64,000 bases of DNA from Perkinsus chesapeaki ATCC PRA-425 (lineage: Eukaryota > Protista > Perkinsozoa), in contig JAAPAO010000001.1 of NCBI GenBank assembly GCA_013115145.1, positions 1 to 64,000 on the forward strand, in the 5' to 3' direction. The translations under genes and the position numbers were made by a program. Positions 62,200-64,000 of this stretch are shown one piece after another (positions within the stretch are counted from its first letter, which is position 1; every line of letters begins with the position of its first letter). Under the pieces are notes generated by a model, which ran no database searches, was not told the DNA's origin, and saw only the letters and a list, made by a program, of their open reading frames with translations.

Positions 62200-64000
62200 T
62201 AGCTTACGGAACTCGTATGCCACGATGAGCACGTATTCGATTAAGAGAAGATATATCGTCGAATAGTTACCTCAACGGTGACGTGACTCGAGAGAAGTCT
62301 GTGGGGGACCCTCGAGGGCTAAACTATATCGTCGGCAGCGCGAAGTCATTGGACAATTATTGCCCCTTCAGTAGAAATCACCTCAACACTAGCATTGCCG
62401 GGTATCAAGATGTAACAAATGTACATGGAATAACGATGACAGAGTGATCACAATAGTAAACTTATTTATAGTACACATACATGTAATAGTCTCATGCGGA
62501 TGATCAGTAATAATTACTCAGGAACGGCCAGGACGGTAGAAGTCGCTGCGTAAGGGTGTAACAGGCAATCTGCTGACCCTTTGCACTCCAAGTATGTTTT
62601 CCATCTGAAGCTCCCAGTTCACCAAATTGCATTGTTAACCGGTCGTCACCTCGGCCATAATCTTGGCGATTCCCATACTGCTGCCTCGATGCAACTGTCG
62701 TGACCTTGAAGACCGTGACTTCTTCTATGTTCATTTTGGCTTCCTACTTACCGATCATTCACGTCTTCATGAGCATCCTTATAGTCCTCTGCATAAGTTC
62801 GCCCATCAACGGGGGCATGCTGGCCCAGGCCTCTCCATGTTGACGGGTTTGTTGCTATGCTGCTTGGCCTAGTTCGAGACTGAGAACATTCTCCAACCGA
62901 AGTAGTGATGGGACGGCTCACTCGAACACTTGTGTGGGTCCTCGGTGTCGATGAGGATGTTGCACCTGATCAGATTACTTGATTAACACGGAGCATGCGG
63001 ATCCATTACTCCTGATAGGTGGCAGCTTCAATCTCGGCACATCCTTCGGTTTAATAACAGCAGCTGCCTTTGCTTTCGCTTCGACCTGACACTCCAGACT
63101 CGCGAAACTCCCACAGTATGAAACAATGCGATAAGCTATAAGACACGCAAGTTGTTGCTGCACACATTGCATTCATAAGGCAATCTGAGCATACAGTTCC
63201 TTGGCCGCATGGGCATCCAAGCTTGATGCCCAGATTAAACCTCCTAGACAGTAAGGCGGAGATTGCCTAGCTTACCGCATAACACAGTCCGTCCAAGAAT
63301 AGGACATAACAACAATGCCTGAGCGTGCTGACGCGTCGCCCATCGGAATACGGGAGCGATGGGTCCGGATCTCCGAAGCGCTGGTGTCCGAAGCGCAGGT
63401 CGGAGCCCTACCTATTGTTGCTACCATGCTCGTAAATCCTCCAGCTCTCGCTCGCCGGCTGCCGTTCCCTTTCTGCAGTGAATTTTCCGGCACAACGGTT
63501 GCGGCGGCGTCTCGATGTTCAGAATACTGTTTAACAACAGACGAATGAGGCAGTTGTACGGCTCTTGAAAAGTCGCAACGCACCTTGAAGAATACATTTA
63601 GAAAGGGGTGTGTAAGACATCGAGTTTGAGGCAGACACAGACCACCTTCATAGTTCATAGCGCAGCCTACTATAGTCAACCTCTTTGAACTTAAATTATC
63701 TTCCCAAGGTGGCGGGGAGTACTTGTTCGAGAAGAGTTTGGTCAGCTCCAACACTGGACCACTGCTGAGCTTGATACTGCTCAATGACCGAGTTAACGCT
63801 CACAGGGCCTGAGGGAAGCATGAGCGCAAAGCAACGCGATTTAATCACCTGGAATGAACGATCTCAAAAGCATTCTATCGGACTCAAAAACTCGTTTGAA
63901 ATCTTCCAGCGTAACAATCTGGTCGGTGTCGATTGCCTCTTCCTCGACATCTGAGAGCGTTCCTGGTGCACACAAACACTCTCACCCGGCTAGGTTTCCT
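62200..64000 (-). CDS. Hypothetical multi-exon gene entering from beyond the window end
   Basis: Open minus-strand exons (..IDTDQIVTLEDFKRVFESDRMLLRSFIP/GPVSVNSVIEQY..; VEAKAKAAAVIKPKDVPRLKLPPI) bounded by GT/AG sites; ends not defined. Confidence 0.4.

Overview
This is a gene-dense eukaryotic nuclear window with about 30 protein genes, most interrupted by short (mainly 30-70 nt) GT-AG introns. That is why the ORF track is fragmented. Compact organisation, intron style and gene content point to a myzozoan alveolate, most likely Perkinsus; this is an inference, not verified. Recognisable genes, in order: phosphatidylserine synthase, a CCCH zinc-finger protein, an S10 serine carboxypeptidase, a CNBP-like zinc-knuckle protein, V-ATPase subunit G, CCT4, a PqiA-like protein, a RING protein, an RCC1-repeat protein, a KDM5-like demethylase, three tandem GSTs, a DDX21-like DEAD-box helicase, Nuf2, a TRAIP-like E3 ligase, a DNAJC11-like protein, XPC/Rad4, RNA polymerase I subunit RPA2 and a PHO84/Pht1-family transporter. 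There are three intact tRNAs (Ile-TAT, Thr-TGT, Glu-CTC) and two tRNA 3'-half relics. Two ER-protein fusions stand out. (1) An intronless ORF (46622-49873) joins ERO1, a soluble fumarate reductase and cytochrome b5, with a signal peptide and a C-terminal ADEL; it is a candidate single-chain machine for oxygen-independent disulfide formation. (2) A membrane protein (12374-16794) joins a PERK/IRE1-type luminal sensor domain to a type-II PI4-kinase-like domain instead of a protein kinase. Genes also form long single-strand blocks. No CRISPR arrays, rRNA or transposon ORFs were seen. Exon structures were inferred by eye and no database searches were run.
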